Assembly (NCBI GenBank): GCA_030704615.1
Contig: CM060732.1
Location: 23,064,001-23,128,000, forward strand
Source of the DNA: Takakia lepidozioides
Taxonomy: Eukaryota; Plantae; Bryophyta
Direction: 5' to 3'
DNA: 64,000 bases
Positions 58,701 to 64,000 of this stretch are shown one piece after another. The position numbers were made by a program, and so were the translations under genes. Below the pieces are notes generated by a model. The model saw only the letters and a list, made by a program, of their open reading frames with translations, was not told where the DNA came from and ran no database searches. How positions within the stretch are numbered: the first letter of the stretch is position 1; each line of letters opens with the position of its first letter.

Positions 58701-61700
58701 AATAGTTTGCATCTTTACCATGGACTTCAAATGGAATGATGATTCATGGGGAGGATTTCTTGGCAAAATGTTTCAGGAGTGTTAGGTATTTTGCATTATT
58801 CCTCTTCTATTTAGCTATACTTGTGTTTATATGAGGGTGGTAGGGGCTTTCATTAAGTGCACATAGATGAATGCGAATGCTAGGAGCGGGGACCAACTGT
58901 GTTGATTTGATACATCATATGTGCTCAGGCTGTTTCTGATGAACGAGTATGGCATTGATACAGCGTTTTTTCAGACATATGTGCATGTCTGCGAAAGTGC
59001 CTGCAGCAGTAAGACTGGCAAAGCAGGCTCTGGAAGAAGGGAAATGTGTAGTTATTGGCCTCCAAAGCACAGGCGAGGCGCGCACGGAAGAAGCTGTAAA
59101 CAAATATGTAGGACATTGACCCCAGATATTTGAGTCCATAAGTTACTTTGTTTGTGGAAAATTTGTCAGGAGGGAAATGCAAGTCTGTTTCTGTAAACAT
59201 ATTGTACACCTTCTCTGGATTTTCAAACGATGTTCCAATTCTGGTGCTGTTTTCCTACCTGTTGGTGTGCAGGGAGTCGAGCTAGATGACTTCGTCTCAG
59301 GGCCGAGAGAGTTGTTGCTGAAGCTGGTAGAGGAGCATTATCCTCTACCGCCTGAGCCAAGGCACTTGCATGGTCTTAACCTGGACCCCTTCCATGTTGG
59401 TTGCTTTAGCTGCCTTTGATGTTGGATGAAGTTTAGCATGATGGGTTGGCCATGCGTAGGGAATTAAATCAATAAATACAGTGCAGCATACTAATTGTCA
59501 GTGTGAAATTGACAGAGGATGGACCCATAAAGGAGGAGAATGGAAAGAAACGTCCATCAGAAGTCAATGTCTCTGCACGCGGCAGGAAGAGGAAAGCGGT
59601 GCTTTACAATCGACCCAGTGCTCATGATGACACTGACGCCGATTATGAATGTATGCTTCTTCATGCCTTCCTGACATGGTTATGTCTGGATGACCCTGGT
59701 TGATGTCCATGAGGAATCTCTGAGCCGGTGTCACTATAGGTATTTTGGTTGCAGGGGCTGCCTTCATTTTGTAATTCGGGAATGCATTTGGTAGCTACCT
59801 TATGTAACCATGGAATTGCCTTATGCAACATCAATGGGTGTTGGCTATCTTGGTATCCCCATCTTACACTGTATTATTGGTTTCCAAACGTCTGCGGATG
59901 CCTTCTTGTGAAGAAGTAGCACAGCATATTGATGTTGTTAGGAACATGTGACACAATTATCACCACTTCTACGAGTTACAATAGTCTTCTGATCCTTCAC
60001 AATCGGACTCGCCAGTTTTGGTACTACACCATGGCATTTTTAGCTGTCAAGCTATCCCGGAATGGCATTCCTTTGTCATCTGTGTACTGGGTGAGCTCTG
60101 TCAAAGATGAAGTGAGATGTAACATATGCTCTTCATCAACATCTCCTCAGATATCCTGGTATAATGGACATGTAGTTGGAAATGGCTTATGCCATGAGTT
60201 TGGCTACGTGACGGCTTATGTGGCTGTTTCGGATGGGTGGCTGCACAGGCATCAATGGGGACTGCCCCACCACTGTTTTCTGCAGCTGCACGGTAAGCTG
60301 AATCGCTTTCTGTGCTCTGCGGGCCTGGTTTGTAATTAATTGCCTGTCTCCCACCTCCGTTTCATGTGGGAGCTGGTTATTTGGCATGGCTGCAGGCTTT
60401 CCCTGCTCTGATTTACTTAGGTCTCAATCCTGTTCCAACAATGTCGATTCTGCCTCTCAACATTCCCATACATGGGCTACTTAAGTCTACTGCAAAGTAT
60501 CAGTTGTTCTTTCGAACATGAGCACCTATCTCAGCCAACAACTGATGGAGGTGAAGTTGCAAGATGGATGTGATTCTGCTAGTCCTTCATTGTAACCCTA
60601 CTATCCGAGGGTCCACTTCGCTTGCTGCTCTTGCCCATCGCATCTGACTAATATTTCCTGTGAACAACTTCATGTTCATGACTGTTGACGTGCCATAGAG
60701 GGGCTAGAAAGTCATTTTTTTATTGTGGCCTGTGAAGGCCAGAAGGTCCAGGCTTACTGCTTTCTGTGTTTTATTGTGGTGGTGGCACTTCGTTTCTGTC
60801 AGAACATTCCTCTGTGTTGTTCTCGGTTGACCTCCTTCCATGATGGATGTTGAGCTCATGACATGGCTGGTAATGTTGAGCACTGTCAGGTTCTATGCAG
60901 ATGATTGGTTTTGGTATGGTGTGTGTCTGTTGGCCTATAACTTTGATTAATGACTTCCTATTAAGAGCTCCTTGCCGTGCCAACACTCGTGTTGGGTGGC
61001 TGTTGCATCTTTTTTGGTTACGTGTGAGCCTTATTGGCTTGGTTGGGAACTATGAGGAACAGCCCTTATGCAATTTGTACATCTCTTGTTGTCTTGACTA
61101 AGTCAGGATAGGGAATATTTCAATTTACACATCTCTTGACCTGGTGCAGACACACTGGAGGAGTATGGAGACAAATGTAGGTGTGAAATTGCTCTGAATA
61201 TGTTTTTTTGCAAAGATTATGAGCTCATTTAAGACAGATTATTCGAATGTGTTGTATGTGCAGCTGAATCAGAGGCTGAGTCAGCAGGCAGTGAAGAAGA
61301 CTCGAAGATTTGCAGTATTTGCACAGTTGAAGATGTAGGGTTACTTGCTTACTTCCTGATTCTTTGGGAGGTAACCGGCCTGTGATGTTGGGTTACAAGC
61401 CCCCGTCAATGGGCAGATATTTCTGAATATTGACTATGAACTGGACAGATTTAAAGTTACAGATTGACTGGATTAACTGTTGGATTCTTCCTAAGAGCAA
61501 AATGCTATCAGCACTAACACCTTCATGCAGTGTGGTGTTGTTCTTGCTCTGATTTCTGTCTGATCCTGTAAGTATTATTTGATCATTTGCTGGAAGAACT
61601 TTCTTTCACTAGTGAATGTGGATATAATCCTGCAGGCATCAGACCTGCTGGTGGAGTGCTCTCACTGCAGGAGGGCCGCACACCCAGCATGTCTGGCCCC

Positions 61701-63602
61701 TCCTCTTACTGAGAAGCCAACTGGTGAATGGTTATGCTCCGGATGTTGTGAAAAAACAACTGATTACGAAGTAGAGAGACGTCGCTACATTGCTGAAGTC
61801 TGGCGGAGGTATGTCTTGCCATGCTTTCTCTTTCTGGCAGTGTACAGACTTGTGGTTAGTTTTACTGATTTAGCTAGTAATTGCTGGCCAACTATGTGTA
61901 CTACGGCAGAGGGAATTGTTGTTCTGAACCATTGTTCTCTTGACTCATGCTGTAGTTTGTTATTCCGTAGTCTTGTGGACTTTTGGGTGACTTTGAAAAC
62001 TTTGGTAATATCCAAGTAGGTTGAGAAACCTTCTTCACATGTCCCCAACCTAGATATTTTGAAGTTACAAGTCCAAGGGTGCTCCCCGTTTAGACAATGC
62101 TGCTGGCATCTTATGCATGTTGTTTTGGAAATTAATCAGTATGCTAAGTCTCCACAGGTTCGAGGAAGCAAAAGGGAGGAAGATTAAAACAGTGGATATC
62201 ATACGATCGCTAGACCTGCCAAATAATCCTCTGGATGACATCATTGACCAGGTATGTGTCATTCAGCATCTCTATTGTATATCAAGTCATTATTAAAAAG
62301 TTGTGTCATGCACTATTTGCTGCAGGAGATATTTAAGTTGCAAAACAACTGTATGAAGCAGGTAGTGTGATGCTGGATGTTGGAGAGGTGCATGTAATGT
62401 GTGCTCCCTTTGTCTAATGTATGGAGAAGCCTTCATTCCTATTTACTTTGATGTTGTGGAGGTGAGTTTCCGATAAACAGCAGGCCAGAATGTTTCTTAT
62501 GGTAGGCATTGGCTGCATAGTTGGGGGGTCCAGACTTTGTTGCAGAAATGACTGGGCGACGGGGGATGCTGGTGCGTGCCACAAATGGAAAGGGTGTCAT
62601 CTATCAGGCCCGCAACACGTAAGTGGGGACTTAGCACTTGGAAACAACCAATGGAAGGACATTATCAATTCCCATACAGAGGCTCCCAAGCCTGTGATTT
62701 GATTTTGTGGATCCAATGGTGGTTTGAAACTTTTTGCAGTCTTTCGTAACTGTTTTGGGCTAATCTGGAGAGATATTATTAAGACTTTCAACACACGGGA
62801 ATGAATCAACCTACCCAGATAGGATCCAGGATAGGAAGATTTGTATCATTCGTGGTTCCATTTGAGTTCTGATTTGAGTTCCCTTTCATCTCTTTATACT
62901 TTGTGCAATGCTCAAGCTTTGGGTTGCCAAAATATACCATCAACATGGAGTGATTTCTGCAGCATCTAGACCACTTGTGGATGGACTTGGAATTGCAAGA
63001 GGAGGTTGACCCCATCATGTTGCAAAAGGGTCTAAATAGCATCGGATGCAGTGTGACTCCCAACTCCTTTGAAGGTGGTTGTTAACTTGGTGAAGGTGTA
63101 GATGAGAGTTTTACTACCTCAGGGAAATTGTCTTGTGAATAATTGTTTTCTACTCTTGCAATGCACAGGAAAGATGTAACCCTAGAGATGATAAACATGC
63201 ATGAGAAGCAGCAGTTCATGAATGGGAACAAACTTGTAGCAGTCATTTCGGAAGCGGCATCTGCTGGTGTTTCGCTGCAAGCTGATAGGCGTGCCCTTAA
63301 TCAGGTTGCCCCTATTTTCCTTCTGTTAACATGAAATGTTCACGGTCCCATGTTTTATCCTTAAAGTATTACCATGTTGACAGGTAACATGATGGTGTTT
63401 GATTGATGCGTTTCGCCTATTTCTTGGGCTTCCCGTGCTGTTCAGCGCATGTTGTCCTTTCAATAGTTTCTTAAGGACTGTGCTTGAGATGACAGAGGAG
63501 AAGAGTGCACATAACCTTGGAGCTGCCTTGGAGTGCTGATCGTGCAATTCAACAGTTTGGGAGGACTCATCGGTCCAACCAAGCCTCGGCTCCTCAGTAC
63601 AG
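52715..63602 (+). CDS. FGT1: FORGETTER1 / EMB1135 (Strawberry notch homolog: SF2-like NTPase + PHD + helicase C); about 20 exons in the window, 3' end beyond it
   Basis: Approximate exons: 52715-53191 (CxxC Zn repeats, [14 protein letters not shown]); 53940-54005 ([15 protein letters not shown]); 54321-54494; 54789-54919 ([12 protein letters not shown]); 55130-55233; 55687-55868 (LVFDE); 56408-56485 (CHKAKNL); 57571-57703 ([12 protein letters not shown]); 58012-58052; 58331-58411; 58558-58686; 58964-59107; 59272-59372; 59516-59650; 61264-61334 and 61636-61808 (PHD); 62158-62251; 62521-62618 (VAEMTGR); 63168-63304; 63497-63602 ([22 protein letters not shown]). Confidence 0.95.
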
Positions 63603-64000
63603 GTAGGTTGGAGGGATGTGCTTTATGTTTGGTGGGAAGGGACAAATCATTTTGGTCTCTTTTTCATACTGACAAAGCCTTGTTGGCTTTGTGAATGTGG
63701 TGTCACTAACCCAACTAATGGAAGTCTCCCATTCATCTGCTCTAGTTTCTTTCTAAAACTTACTGCAGAGGCATTGCTGTGGCCTCACATAGTTGCAAAC
63801 GTGGATGGCACAGGAATGGTTCTTGTAAGGTCCCACATGCCAATTCAATGTTCTTTATGGGTCTGACAAGTGGCGCATTCTTACGGGCTGGCAGTCTTCC
63901 AAAGTTTCTCATTTGATTTATGCTCTAGAGGTTAGTCAGGGTGGCCTCATTTTAAATCAATTCTGGTGTCCTGTTCAAGGCACTGTAGTCTTCAAAAAGT

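Overview
This is eukaryotic land-plant DNA, not prokaryotic. It has spliced genes, PLS-class PPRs and plant CACTA/chromovirus elements; a non-seed plant such as a hornwort, fern or lycophyte is my inference. About 51 kb is a nest of transposons and gene fragments, split by a ~500-N assembly gap (16087-16585). The last ~11 kb holds the 5' part of an apparently intact FORGETTER1/EMB1135 (Strawberry notch) gene that runs off the window. The TE nest contains: (i) a CACTA transposase remnant; (ii) decayed PPR genes interleaved with intron-split OSB-type 'PDF' modules, orphan TPR exons, a LINE piece and two Helitron-like 3' ends; (iii) an Ulp1 SUMO-protease-type region; (iv) a minus-strand Ty3/gypsy element whose polyprotein has a DNMT3-like C5 cytosine methyltransferase between protease and RT, plus a PHD finger after the integrase (the headline finding); (v) a PSRP5 pseudogene; (vi) a hairpin-rich LTR-like repeat family; (vii) a CACTA element whose TnpA-like gene includes an FCP1/NIF-type HAD domain; (viii) a spliced beta-class N6A/N4C DNA-methyltransferase-like pseudogene; and (ix) a full-length chromovirus with LTRs, PBS and a 5-bp TSD. 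All calls come from manual motif recognition. No searches were run, and most boundaries are approximate.
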